Shown: positions 30,676 through 40,876 of the stretch, one piece after another
How positions within the stretch are numbered: the first letter of the stretch is position 1
How the letters are laid out: each line of letters begins with the position of its first letter
NCBI GenBank assembly: GCA_965249485.1
Contig: OZ252239.1
Location: 2,688,001 to 2,752,000, forward strand
Source: a bacterium
GTDB taxonomy: Bacteria; SM23-31
Reading direction: 5' to 3'
DNA: 64,000 nucleotides
Notes under the pieces: model-generated
Databases searched by the model: none
What the model saw: the letters and a program-made list of their open reading frames with translations, nothing else
What the model was told of the DNA's origin: nothing
Position numbers and translations under genes: made by a program

Positions 30676-32395
30676 TTAATACTTTAGCACGATTGAAAGC
30701 CACCAGGTATCAAGCTCAGTTAATTTTGAAAAATGCATGAGATCAGCTGATAGTGCATCGTTAAATTGATAACGTGCTCCAAAATGGTACGACGTAAAAT
30801 TCAAATTTTTTCCGTCTTTATTTTTTATTGTTGATTCGGTATGTCCAAACCCATCTACCGGAACAAATGTAGTTACATGCTCATCCGTTTCGATGAGCGT
30901 ATCCGTTTCATCTGTCTCTTCGATAATCATATCGGCCTTAAAGCTGATAGGTATAATCGAGCGGGCACCCAGGCGTAAAGTCAACTTGTTGGACACTTTT
31001 GTTTCCAAACCGATTAGGAACACTCAAAAACGTTCCGCTAATTTCATTTCTCGTCAATCCGATTTTATTGTCCGATATGATTCTGCTGAAACTCTCTGCT
31101 TCTGCCGCAGGATCCGCAATTTCAACATTGATAGCAAGATCCTCGTTGATTCTACCGGGATTGAATACGATATCGAGGTCGCCCCATATGTAGTCGAGCT
31201 TTATACCAAGACCAAGCAGTGTATTCTGTTCTGTAAAATGCCGTTCAACACCAGCTCCAAATTCAATTCTATTCAGTGAACCATTTCCATCAGCTTTTGC
31301 AACATTATTTCTTGTGAAAACAACATTTTTACGATTCACGCCGGATATATCAAGAGAATCACTAACACTACGTTCAACGGTCTCAACATCAAATGGCATC
31401 GAGTACTTTGTGTAATTGAAAATAAGCGAATTTTGCTGCAATTGTGTTACTGAAGGATAAATTTTCTTTATACGTGCATTTACGTAGGTTGAACGAAGAC
31501 CCGTTTCAAGAAAACCTAAATTCTGATCATCCAATATTTCAAATTTATCGGCAATACCGCTTAGAAATGAATCTTTAAACAGACTCAAGACTTCATTACC
31601 ATCAAACGCCATCCGCTCAGGACGCATTCCTGCTGCAATGCTGATTTTCTGATTCTCATTCTTGAAGATTTTACCGACCGAAAATCCGATCATAGAGTTT
31701 GGAAAGTCAAAACTTCTCGTTGTTGTTTTATTGACAAATGATGTATTAGTCCTAATCGGCCCATTTTCAGACGCAGCTACCGTAAACGAGCTTTCTGTAT
31801 TTTCGTTTTTAAATAATAGATCAAAATTATTGCGATGTACAGATATGCTGAATCCGATATCTCCGAACAAACCGATATACGATAGGCTTTGGCTTGAATT
31901 ATCAGATTCGATCATCTCAAGAGTACTTGATATCGTCCCGGTATTTATCGATGTAAACTGTTCACTATTGCTTAAATCATCCACGGTAAGATTTTTCCCT
32001 CTCGTTTCCAGAAAAAGACCTGTGGAAGATCCAAAGCGGTTTGTAATAGTACCAATTAAATTATTGGGAACAATATCTGTATTTTGGAGGGCTGACAATT
32101 TATCATCAAATACTGAAGATTCATCACCGCCCTGAAGATTGCTGAGATTCGTATAGAGCCAGGTACCCTGATATCGATTGATATACGCCGGATTCAGAGA
32201 TAAGTCAGAATAGAGATCATCGACAAAACCGTGCAAACCAGTCCCCATACCCCGTAACTAAAAAGAGTATTTATCATCCTGAGCTGCTGCGGTATCAATA
32301 ATAGTCAGTTGTAGACATAAAAAACTAAGGAATAATACAATTCCTCGTAGGCCACAATGTTTATTTTTATTTTTCTTACTGTTCTTCTGTACCAT
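30676..32395 (-). pseudogene. Outer-membrane beta-barrel protein (FadL/PorV-like N-terminus), split by an in-frame TAG (32258-32260) and a +1 frameshift near 31015 (probably sequence errors)
   Basis: Signal peptide ending AAA-Q; YSF*LRGMG...DD..SD...NPA motif; removing one A in CCT-A-ATC joins FLSVP to IGLETKV; ends WWLSIVLKY. Alternative start at 32443. Confidence 0.7.
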
Positions 32396-32452
32396 ATAAG
32401 TCCGTAAATATGGCCCGATAATAGGGAAATTATTGCCGGACATCCTCTTTTA

Positions 32453-32647
32453 TTACATGACCTGAATCTGCGACTTTCTTATAATCGCTTTTACAGACGA
32501 AAAATGCAGCGCAACAGATACTATCAAGCTATCATTGGGACTAAGCCGGTCATAATATTGTGCTTGATTTACGTCTATTACGACTTCTGTCCCCTGTTTG
32601 AACTGCAATCCGTTAAATGCGACAGATTCTTTGAGAATGCCATTCAT
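32453..32647 (-). CDS. Hypothetical small soluble protein (64 aa)
   Basis: ATG at 32647 after GGTGAG; first ORF downstream of the sigma54 motif. Confidence 0.5.
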   Translation of the reverse strand: MNGILKESVAFNGLQFKQGTEVVIDVNQAQYYDRLSPNDSLIVSVALHFSSVKAIIRKSQIQVM

Positions 32648-32693
32648 TGTACTCACCCGATTAATTATTATTACATCGCTCAGTGGCGATTTA

Positions 32694-32709
32694 TGCAACT
32701 TCTATGCCA
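32694..32709 (-). promoter_or_regulatory. Putative sigma54 (RpoN) -24/-12 promoter
   Basis: Minus strand TGGCAT-AGAAG-TTGCA matches TGGCAY-N5-TTGCW. Confidence 0.7.
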
Positions 32710-32894
32710 TATAATTTCCCCACTTGTTAAAGTATCGGCATAATTCCCGCTATTAATAAGATTTTTTGAAACTATTTGTCAATTCAGATCAATAGTGTTT
32801 TTTTGATTACATTCTTCTATTTTTCCCTTTTCCTTTCTCCGGCAAATATGTACATTCTATACACAAGTTTTAGGATTAGAAAAGGGATGAACAC

Positions 32895-34070
32895 ATGACA
32901 ATAGGACTTATTTTCAGTTTAGCACTTTTGTGTATCGCATATGGAACATCTAACGCACAAGAACGCCAGCGAGCACGGGAACTAGGTGTCCACATTGGAA
33001 TTTTAAAACCCGGAAAATATAATGCTATTACCGATGTACCCGGTGTGACGGTCGGTCACACTACCTTATTTGAAGGTGACAATATCAGGACCGGAGTAAC
33101 TGCAATTGTGCCCCATTCGGGCAATTTATTTCAGGAAAAGGTGCCCGGTGCGGTATTTGTCGGTAATGGATTCGGAAAAGCTGTTGGTTTCACACAGGTA
33201 GATGAGCTTGGCACAATTGAAACGCCCATCATCCTGACCAATACACTCAGTACATTTACAGCTGCATCCGGACTAATTGAATATATGCTTGCTCTACCCG
33301 GTAATGAAGAAGTTCGCTCCGTAAATCCTGTTATCGGAGAAACAAATGATGGCGGACTAAATGACATCAGGGGTATGCATGTAAAAGAAAAAAATGTGCG
33401 CCAGGCTATTGCTTCTGCGAAAAGCGGCTCTATTGAAGAAGGGTCTGTCGGTGCAGGCACAGGCACCCGAGCTCTCGGTTTTAAAGGAGGAATCGGAACA
33501 TCTTCCAGAATTCTGCCTAATGTTGATGGCGGTTATACAATCGGAGTTCTTGTTCAATCTAATTTTGGTGGTATTCTGAGCATCAATGGTGCGCCAGTCG
33601 GGCGTGAGTTGGAAAAATTCCCATATGCAGACCGTTTTCCTTACCATGACAATGATGAAGGATCTTGTATGATTATTATTGCAACCGATGCGCCTCTATC
33701 GGCACGAAATCTCAAGCGTCTCGCTAAAAGGTCATTTCTGGCGTTCGGTAAAATCGGCGCATACTCATCAAATGGAAGCGGAGATTATTCTATTGCATTT
33801 TCAACGCACTCAGAAATCAGAATAACAAATGAGTCCAGCGAAGTTGAACGAAAAACATTAGATGTTGAAAACAGTAGGATGTCACCACTTTTTCTTGCGG
33901 TTGTTGAAGCGACTGAGGAAGCACTTATCAATTCGCTCTTTATGGCTCATGAAATTACAGGTAATGGAAGAACACAAGAAGCACTACCGATAGACAAAAC
34001 AATGAATATTTTGAAGAAATATAACGCACTCAACTGGAACGAAACGATTCCACCCTGGACAGATAAATAG
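32895..34070 (+). CDS. P1 family (DmpA/S58) aminopeptidase with signal peptide
   Basis: NAITDVPGVTVGH, NGFGK, EGSVGAGTG, GFKGGIGTSSR, EGSC autoproteolysis site, NGSGD. Confidence 0.92.
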   Translation: MTIGLIFSLALLCIAYGTSNAQERQRARELGVHIGILKPGKYNAITDVPGVTVGHTTLFEGDNIRTGVTAIVPHSGNLFQEKVPGAVFVGNGFGKAVGFTQVDELGTIETPIILTNTLSTFTAASGLIEYMLALPGNEEVRSVNPVIGETNDGGLNDIRGMHVKEKNVRQAIASAKSGSIEEGSVGAGTGTRALGFKGGIGTSSRILPNVDGGYTIGVLVQSNFGGILSINGAPVGRELEKFPYADRFPYHDNDEGSCMIIIATDAPLSARNLKRLAKRSFLAFGKIGAYSSNGSGDYSIAFSTHSEIRITNESSEVERKTLDVENSRMSPLFLAVVEATEEALINSLFMAHEITGNGRTQEALPIDKTMNILKKYNALNWNETIPPWTDK

Positions 34071-34097
34071 GAATAATTCCTTTTTAAGGAGAATACA

Positions 34098-34649
34098 ATG
34101 ACACGTGATGAGGCCTGGAACCTCTTGAACAAATACACAAAAAAAGACGGATTACTTAAACACGCTCTTGCCGTTGAAGCATTGATGCGGGCATATGCGA
34201 AAAAATTCGGTGAAGACGAAGATATATGGGGAATTGTCGGTCTTATTCATGATTTTGACTATGAACAATATCCAACACAAGAAGACCATCCCTACCGCGG
34301 ATCGGAAATTCTTGAGGAAATTGGTTTCCCCGAAGAATACCGGCGGGCAATAATGTCACATGCCGAATATTCGGGGGTCCCTCGTGACACGCTCATGGCA
34401 AAAACACTCTTTGCAGTTGACGAGCTTTCCGGATTTATAACGGCAGTTGCCCTTGTGCGTCCGAGCAAGAAACTTGAGGATGTAAAGGTGAAATCAGTGA
34501 AGAAAAAATTGAAAGACAAAGCGTTTGCTGCTTCAGTGAGCCGGGAAGACATCCAAACAGGTATCAAAGAGCTTGATATCGATCAGGACGAACATATACA
34601 ATTTTGTATCGAAGGCATGAAAACAATTGCAGAAGATCTCGGACTCTGA
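34098..34649 (+). CDS. HD/HDIG domain metal-dependent phosphohydrolase
   Basis: LKHALAVE, GLIHDFDYE, AIMSHA, DELSGFI. Confidence 0.88.
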   Translation: MTRDEAWNLLNKYTKKDGLLKHALAVEALMRAYAKKFGEDEDIWGIVGLIHDFDYEQYPTQEDHPYRGSEILEEIGFPEEYRRAIMSHAEYSGVPRDTLMAKTLFAVDELSGFITAVALVRPSKKLEDVKVKSVKKKLKDKAFAASVSREDIQTGIKELDIDQDEHIQFCIEGMKTIAEDLGL

Positions 34650-34673
34650 TAGAATACTATTCGTTAATTTATA

Positions 34674-35498
34674 CTACACCATCACCCATCTACTACCCAA
34701 CATTGTTAAAAATCCTTCCTTTTGTAATAGAAGTACTAATTTTAAACAAAGATCCTGGTCTGATTTAATGATTTTTGCAAGTTCCTTGACAGTATTTCCG
34801 GATTTAGATCTATTCAGGTGTTTCAGGATTGCACCGCGAACCTGCCGTTCCGATCCTTGGAATGGTGATTGACGGTGATAATGTGCGCTTTTCTTATTGA
34901 GGTACGGATAGTGTGCTTTTAGCATCACACCGTAATCCATCACGGCATGGTACCAATCACTCGGATTTTTCTTATCAACAGTTTGCTCAACCAAAAGAAT
35001 TATCTCCTTATCCGAAACATATTCCTGATCGCTGAAAAAGTGATGAATATATACAGACCGGATATTTGTTTCTATAAATACTGAAGGAATATTAAACGCA
35101 AATGCCGCGATTGATGATGCTGTAGCTTTGCCTATGCCCGGCAACGTAACCAAATCCACTTCAGAACTTGGTACTTTTCCGCCAAAATCAGTCACAATAG
35201 TGTGTGCACATTGCTGCAATGCAAGCGCTCTACGATTATACCCAAGCCCCTGCCACACCGTATAGATATCCTTCAGAGAAGCATTTGACAATGATTCCAA
35301 TGTTGGAAACATCTCAATAAAATCGTTGTATTTTTGAACGACCCGGGATACCTGAGTCTGTTGAAGCATAATTTCCGATACTATAATATGATATGGATTG
35401 CCTGTCTTTCTCCAAGGAAGTTCCCGGCCGTTTAATTCATAAAACGAATATACCGTACTGTGAAACAGATCTATCTCTTTTTTTGTTAATTTTCCCAT
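34674..35498 (-). CDS. mutY: A/G-specific adenine glycosylase, HhH-GPD family, lacking the Fe-S cluster motif
   Basis: RELPWR, VSEIMLQQTQV, WQGLGYNRRA, LPGIG HhH; start may be 35498 or 35525. Confidence 0.85.
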   Translation of the reverse strand: MGKLTKKEIDLFHSTVYSFYELNGRELPWRKTGNPYHIIVSEIMLQQTQVSRVVQKYNDFIEMFPTLESLSNASLKDIYTVWQGLGYNRRALALQQCAHTIVTDFGGKVPSSEVDLVTLPGIGKATASSIAAFAFNIPSVFIETNIRSVYIHHFFSDQEYVSDKEIILLVEQTVDKKNPSDWYHAVMDYGVMLKAHYPYLNKKSAHYHRQSPFQGSERQVRGAILKHLNRSKSGNTVKELAKIIKSDQDLCLKLVLLLQKEGFLTMLGSRWVMV

Positions 35499-35542
35499 GA
35501 CATATAACTTTTTCAGCTTATCCAAATTTTGTGATATATAGC

Positions 35543-35590
35543 AAAAAAATAAGGTGTCCGATCACGGAAACCCGTGTGCATCGAACACCT
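35543..35590 (-). terminator. Long hairpin terminator after the 36-aa ORF
   Basis: Minus strand AGGTGTTCGAT...CACGG-GTTT-CCGTG-ATCGGACACCT followed by TATTTTTTT. Confidence 0.7.
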
Positions 35591-35616
35591 ATAAATAACA
35601 AGACTATATGTTTCAC

Positions 35617-35727
35617 TCATGAGACGAAAAGATCAGGGAGAATAAATATATCACATACAAAATAATAAAGCTCAGTAACGAATACAACCACAAGCGGAAC
35701 ATACAATATCCATTTAATCAATGCCAT
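35617..35727 (-). CDS. Small hydrophobic protein (36 aa), not in the ORF track
   Basis: GGAGG RBS upstream of the ATG; MALIKWILYVPLVVVFVTELYYFVCDIFILPDLFVS; followed by a terminator. Confidence 0.55.
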   Translation of the reverse strand: MALIKWILYVPLVVVFVTELYYFVCDIFILPDLFVS

Positions 35728-35790
35728 AGTTGCCTCCGAATATACAGAATCGTCAGTTATAAAGTGTGTTTCATATTTTAAATAGATTTA

Positions 35791-35868
35791 TGGTCGGAGC
35801 GGCGGGATTTGAACCCGCGACCCCCAGACCCCCAGTCTGGTGCGCTAACCGGGCTGCGCTACGCTCCG
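35791..35868 (-). tRNA. tRNA-Pro (anticodon GGG)
   Basis: CGGAGCG acceptor stem, anticodon arm CCAGA-CTGGGGG-TCTGG, GGTTCAAATCC T-arm, encoded CCA. Confidence 0.97.
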
Positions 35869-35877
35869 ATCAATTTC

Positions 35878-36246
35878 TCAATTCACTTTTTCATCAAGAA
35901 TCTTAAGAATTTCCTCTAATTCACTTTGAATGCCGTCAAGCAGCTCAATATGCAGGTTTTTTTGCGGCTCGGATTTGGGTGGTGCTGATCTTTGAGCATC
36001 ATGCATCTCATGGAGATGGTTTCTTGCGCCTTCGATCGTGTACTTTTTATCATAGAGCAGAGCTTTTATCTTATTTATCAGACGGATATCTTTATCCTTA
36101 TAGATTCTGTTTCCTGCACGATTTTTTGAAGGCCGCAGTTCTAAAAATTCCGTTTCCCAATAGCGAAGAACATATTGTTTAAGCCCCGTTATCTCAGCAA
36201 CTTCACTAATAGAGTAATAAAGTTTTTTGATCGGTTGTGCACTCAT
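35878..36246 (-). CDS. MerR family transcriptional regulator
   Basis: YYSISEVA...VLRYWETEF...GNRIY...YTIEGAR; directly upstream of tRNA-Pro(GGG). Confidence 0.92.
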   Translation of the reverse strand: MSAQPIKKLYYSISEVAEITGLKQYVLRYWETEFLELRPSKNRAGNRIYKDKDIRLINKIKALLYDKKYTIEGARNHLHEMHDAQRSAPPKSEPQKNLHIELLDGIQSELEEILKILDEKVN

Positions 36247-36268
36247 CTGATTACTCCGCTATGTGGAT

Positions 36269-37381
36269 TTAGATTAATTTTTCAAGGGGAGTGTATGGTA
36301 AATCAAATGCTTCTGCTACTTTGTCGTATGTAATAGAACCTTTGTAAGTATTCACTCCATGCCAGAGTCCTTTATGCGTCTTGATTGCATTTTCGACTCC
36401 TTTGTTGGCAAGTTCTAAAACAAATGGAAATGTGGAATTGTTTAATGCAATTGTTGAAGTAAATGGAACGGCTCCGGGCATATTTGCAACGCAATAATGG
36501 ACAACACCATCAATGGTGTACGTTGGATCATCATGCGTAGTCGGCTTTGCTGTTTCGATACAGCCTCCCTGATCTACTGCAACATCAACGATAACAGAGC
36601 CTTCTTTCATAAGGCCCAGCATGTCACGTGTAATTAACTTTGGCGCCTTTGCTCCGGGAATTAATACTCCACCAATTACAAGGTCGGCAAGTGATAAATA
36701 TTGCTTGATTGTATGGGGATTCGACATAACGAGATTGACATTTTTCGGCATGACATCATCAAGATACCGCAATCTGTCCAGATTTATATCAAGCATATAA
36801 ACATCGGCTCCCATACCTGCGGCAATAAAAGCGGCATTTGTTCCAACAACACCGGCACCAAGAATTAAGACTGTTGCAGGAGAAACACCTGGGACACCAC
36901 CCAAAAGAATTCCTCTTCCCCCATTCATTTTTTCCAGAAATGTCGCTCCGACCTGAATTGACATCCGCCCGGCAACTTCACTCATAGGAACAAGCAGCGG
37001 TAATGATCCATTTTCACTTTGAACCGTTTCATATGCAATTGTAATCGCTTTCGTGTCTACCATTGATGTAGTCAGCGGTTTATTCGCTGCATAATGAAAA
37101 TAAGTAAATACTGTGTGTTTTTCAGTAATCAAAGAAAATTCTGATTCAAGAGGTTCTTTTACTTTTAATATTAGGTCGGCTGTTTCATATACTTCTTCAG
37201 CAGTTTTGAGAATTGTCGCTCCTTCAACATCATAGTGTTTATCTGCAAACCCACTTCCAACGCCGGCATTACTCTGGACATATATTTCGTGATTATGTTC
37301 TTTGAGAATATGTGCCCCAACAGGAAGAAGCGCAACACGGTACTCATGTTTTTTAATTTCTTTCAGTACTCCAATTTTCAT
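36269..37381 (-). CDS. ald: Alanine dehydrogenase
   Basis: MKIGVLKEIK, LLVPMSEVAGR, GGVPGV, DVAVDQGGC, HYCVANMPGAVP. Confidence 0.96.
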   Translation of the reverse strand: MKIGVLKEIKKHEYRVALLPVGAHILKEHNHEIYVQSNAGVGSGFADKHYDVEGATILKTAEEVYETADLILKVKEPLESEFSLITEKHTVFTYFHYAANKPLTTSMVDTKAITIAYETVQSENGSLPLLVPMSEVAGRMSIQVGATFLEKMNGGRGILLGGVPGVSPATVLILGAGVVGTNAAFIAAGMGADVYMLDINLDRLRYLDDVMPKNVNLVMSNPHTIKQYLSLADLVIGGVLIPGAKAPKLITRDMLGLMKEGSVIVDVAVDQGGCIETAKPTTHDDPTYTIDGVVHYCVANMPGAVPFTSTIALNNSTFPFVLELANKGVENAIKTHKGLWHGVNTYKGSITYDKVAEAFDLPYTPLEKLI

Positions 37382-37505
37382 AAAATCTTTACTTTTCCGG
37401 AAAATCAATTCGGCAGAATAGTCATCAATCGGTATGCACTCTTGCAGTATATAATATCAAAAAGATTATAGCAAATGGTTTTTAAAATATTTTTTGGGAA
37501 CTAGG

Positions 37506-38735
37506 CTATTTGGGTACAATCATTGTTGTTGTTGTATTTTCATCAAGTATTTCTTGAGCAACGGACACAAGATCTTGTGGGGTCACTTTATCAATTCCGT
37601 CCAACACTTGATCGAGGTTGAAATATTGCTGTAGATATAATTCCATTTTTGCAAGTCTATTCATACGGCTATGAGTACTTTCAAGACCGAGCATTAAATT
37701 TCCCTTAAGCTGTGACTTAAGTTTATCCAGTTCTTCCTCAGATAAGGCCTCATCTTTTACCCGTTTAAATTCGTCATCAATTAAAGTTCTTGTTTGCGTA
37801 ATGTTTGCTTTGTCAACACCTATGTAGACGCCAAACACACCAGTATCCGAAAGAAAATCTGCAAAGGTGTAAATTGAATACGCAACACCATATTTCTCCC
37901 TGATATTTTGAAACAAACGGGAGCTCATTCCGCCACCCAGAAGAGCGTGGAGAATGAGAAGGGAATATTTTCGATCATCACTATACGGTAATGCCCGATT
38001 ACCTATACAGACATGTGCCTGTGATATATTACGGGAATAAATCTTTTCAGTTGGACCAGGTTTAATATATCCGTTGTTATTCCTGGCTACTCTATTACCA
38101 TGAGGAATATTGGCATATTTGTTTACAAAACTACATAACGAATCGTGATCAACATTACCAGCAGCAGTGACCACAAGACTATCTGTTGTATAGTGTGCAG
38201 TACGAAATTCAACAATAGCATCTTTGTTCAAGGAGTTAATGTTCTTTTTCGTACCGAGCACAGAAAAGGATAGTGGATGATCCCGGAATAAGTTCTTATG
38301 AAAATAGTCATGAATCAACTCATCAGGAGTATCATCCAAACTACTTATTTCTTCCAGAACCACCTTCTTTTCCTTCTCTATATCTCCTTCATCTATGATC
38401 GGACTTGATAAGAGGTCCATTACAACATCGACGGCAAGTTCAGAGTGTTCATCAAGCACAATTGCATAATAACAGGTAAATTCCTTGGATGTAAATGCGT
38501 TTAATGTTCCGCCGACCGATTCAAGAGATTCGGCAATTTCAGCAGTATTTCTATTACTAGTACCTTTGAAATTCATGTGTTCAAGAAAGTGACTGATCCC
38601 ATTATTCTCACTGCACTCATCGCGGGAACCGTTATTTAGCCAAGCTCCAATCGAAACAGAACGGACATGAGGCATAAATTCGGTAACCACCCGTATTCCG
38701 CTGGGTAATACTGTTTTATTAACAACAGAATTCAT
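37506..38735 (-). CDS. M16 (pitrilysin) family zinc peptidase
   Basis: HFLEHMNFKGT (HxxEH), NAFTSKE, LGGGMSSRLFQ; coupled to pnp. Confidence 0.93.
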   Translation of the reverse strand: MNSVVNKTVLPSGIRVVTEFMPHVRSVSIGAWLNNGSRDECSENNGISHFLEHMNFKGTSNRNTAEIAESLESVGGTLNAFTSKEFTCYYAIVLDEHSELAVDVVMDLLSSPIIDEGDIEKEKKVVLEEISSLDDTPDELIHDYFHKNLFRDHPLSFSVLGTKKNINSLNKDAIVEFRTAHYTTDSLVVTAAGNVDHDSLCSFVNKYANIPHGNRVARNNNGYIKPGPTEKIYSRNISQAHVCIGNRALPYSDDRKYSLLILHALLGGGMSSRLFQNIREKYGVAYSIYTFADFLSDTGVFGVYIGVDKANITQTRTLIDDEFKRVKDEALSEEELDKLKSQLKGNLMLGLESTHSRMNRLAKMELYLQQYFNLDQVLDGIDKVTPQDLVSVAQEILDENTTTTMIVPK

Positions 38736-40864
38736 TAATTATCCGATTTTGAATGAGATTCATTCTTTTCTGATGAGCGGTTTTCGGAATTTTTCAGGAG
38801 CACTTTTCTGGATAAATCTACCTTACCGGACGGATCAACTTTAAGAACCTTGACCTGTAATTCTTGACCAAGCTTCAATACATCTTCGACTTTATTAATT
38901 CGATGGTTCTCAATTTCGGAAATATGGAGCAACCCATCTTTACCGGGAAGTATTTCTACAAACGCACCAAAATTGGTGATGCGCTTTACTGTTCCGTCGT
39001 ATATTTTGCCAACTTCCGGCACAGCAAGCAACTCATCTACAATCCGTTTTGCTTCATTCCCATTCTTTTCATCTACTGCAGAGATGAATATAGTACCATC
39101 GTCCTCTATGCTGATTGTTGATTCTGTTCTTTCCTGTATTTCTCGAATAATCTTCCCACCTGGTCCGATAATCATACCGATATTCGCAGGATCGATCTTA
39201 AAGATTATGATTTTCGGTGCATAAGGAGATATATTCGGCTTCGGCTTATCAAGAGTCTTATTCATAATAGCAAGAATAGTGTTCAGACCTTCCCGTGCTT
39301 GCTCGATTGCACTTTTCATTATCTCAATTGAGATTCCTTTGACCTTGATATCCATTTGAATAGCCGTTACACCTTCCGCAGTACCAGCTACTTTAAAATC
39401 CATATCACCAAGATGATCTTCATCTCCAAGAATGTCCGAAAGTATAATGACCTCATTTTCATCCTTAATTAAACCCATTGCGATTCCGGCAATCTGTTTT
39501 TTTATTGGGACACCGGCATCCATTAAAGACAATGAACCTGCACACACTGTTGCCATTGACGATGAACCGTTTGATTCAAGAATATCGGAAACTATTCTTA
39601 ATGTATAAGGAAATTCATCTTCTTCAGGAATAATACTCTGTATAGCTTTCTCAGCAAGACGACCGTGACCTATTTCACGCCTACCTGGACCTCTGGGAAA
39701 ACTGACTTCTCCAACACTAAATGAAGGGAAGTTATAATGCAGCATAAAACTTTTACAGGACGAACCGTCAAGTCCCTCTATTTTCTGCTCATCAATTTTT
39801 GTCCCGAGCGTAGTCACGGCAATACTCTGTGTCTCGCCTCTGGTAAACAGCGCTGACCCATGTGTCCGAGGTAATACTGCTATTTCACACGTTATATCCC
39901 GGACATCTGTATTACTCCGTCCATCAAGTCTGACACTGTCTTTAAGGATAATATCCCTGATAGTGTTTTTTTCTATCTCACCAAAGTATTTTTTAATTTT
40001 CTTCTCTGAATCGGGATATTCCTCTTCCAACGTCTTCAGTGTAGTGTCTAACGCTTTTCGCATTTTATCATGCCGTGGCATCTTTTCTTTTAATTTAATA
40101 GATTCCTTGATAATCGGTAATCCTGTATCCCAAACTTTCTTTTGCAATTCTTCATCAACTTCCGGAACCGTAATCTCCTGCTTAATCACACCAATCTCTT
40201 GTGCCATTTCATCTATGATTGGAATGATTTTTTTGCAGTTTTCATGAGCAAACTCCAACGCTTCTACAAGTTCCTGCTCGGATATTTCTTTTGCTTCTCC
40301 TTCAACCATAATTAACGATTCAGCAGAAGCAGCAACCACTATATCGAGCGCACTTTCATGAAGTTGTTCGAATGTTGGATTGACTATTAATTCACCATCA
40401 ATTTTTCCAACCCGCACTGCGGCAATCGTTGCATCGAACGGCACGTCCGAAATGGTAATCGCCGCTGAAGCACCAATTATACCTAATATATCCGAGTCAT
40501 TCTCTTGATCAGATGACAGAACATTAATAGTAACCATTGTTTCGTAGAGGAATTCCTTAAAACAAAGCGATCTGATTGGCCTGTCAATCAGACGAGCACT
40601 CAATGTTTCCTTATCAGTTGGGCGCCCTTCACGCTTGAAAAAACCTCCCGGTATTTTTCCTGCTGCATAAGCTTTTTCTCTATAATCAACGGTCAACGGA
40701 ACGAATCCTCTGTCCTCAATTTGATTATTTGACCGCGTAACAGCAACCAGCGCTACCGTTTCACCATATTGAATCCATATAGAACCACTGGCCTGCCGTG
40801 CAACTCTCCCTGTTTCCAGTGAAAGCATCCGTCCCCCGATTTCAATTTCCTTGCGTACGATCAT
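38735..40864 (-). CDS. pnp: Polyribonucleotide nucleotidyltransferase (PNPase)
   Basis: GKIPGGFFKREG, RREIGHG, ESNGSSSMA, GDMDFKVAGT, KH and S1 domains. Confidence 0.98.
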   Translation of the reverse strand: MIVRKEIEIGGRMLSLETGRVARQASGSIWIQYGETVALVAVTRSNNQIEDRGFVPLTVDYREKAYAAGKIPGGFFKREGRPTDKETLSARLIDRPIRSLCFKEFLYETMVTINVLSSDQENDSDILGIIGASAAITISDVPFDATIAAVRVGKIDGELIVNPTFEQLHESALDIVVAASAESLIMVEGEAKEISEQELVEALEFAHENCKKIIPIIDEMAQEIGVIKQEITVPEVDEELQKKVWDTGLPIIKESIKLKEKMPRHDKMRKALDTTLKTLEEEYPDSEKKIKKYFGEIEKNTIRDIILKDSVRLDGRSNTDVRDITCEIAVLPRTHGSALFTRGETQSIAVTTLGTKIDEQKIEGLDGSSCKSFMLHYNFPSFSVGEVSFPRGPGRREIGHGRLAEKAIQSIIPEEDEFPYTLRIVSDILESNGSSSMATVCAGSLSLMDAGVPIKKQIAGIAMGLIKDENEVIILSDILGDEDHLGDMDFKVAGTAEGVTAIQMDIKVKGISIEIMKSAIEQAREGLNTILAIMNKTLDKPKPNISPYAPKIIIFKIDPANIGMIIGPGGKIIREIQERTESTISIEDDGTIFISAVDEKNGNEAKRIVDELLAVPEVGKIYDGTVKRITNFGAFVEILPGKDGLLHISEIENHRINKVEDVLKLGQELQVKVLKVDPSGKVDLSRKVLLKNSENRSSEKNESHSKSDN

Positions 40865-40876
40865 TAAAATTATCCT

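Noticed and set aside
32731..32760. Sigma28-like -10 element (GCCGATAC) on the minus strand upstream of the sigma54 motif
   Set aside because: No TAAA -35 element at the expected 15-nt spacing.
35791..35868. tRNA-Pro as an integration site for a genomic island or prophage
   Set aside because: No integrase or phage genes nearby, and I saw no duplicated tRNA 3' end. The merR-tRNA-Pro(GGG) adjacency is a known conserved arrangement.
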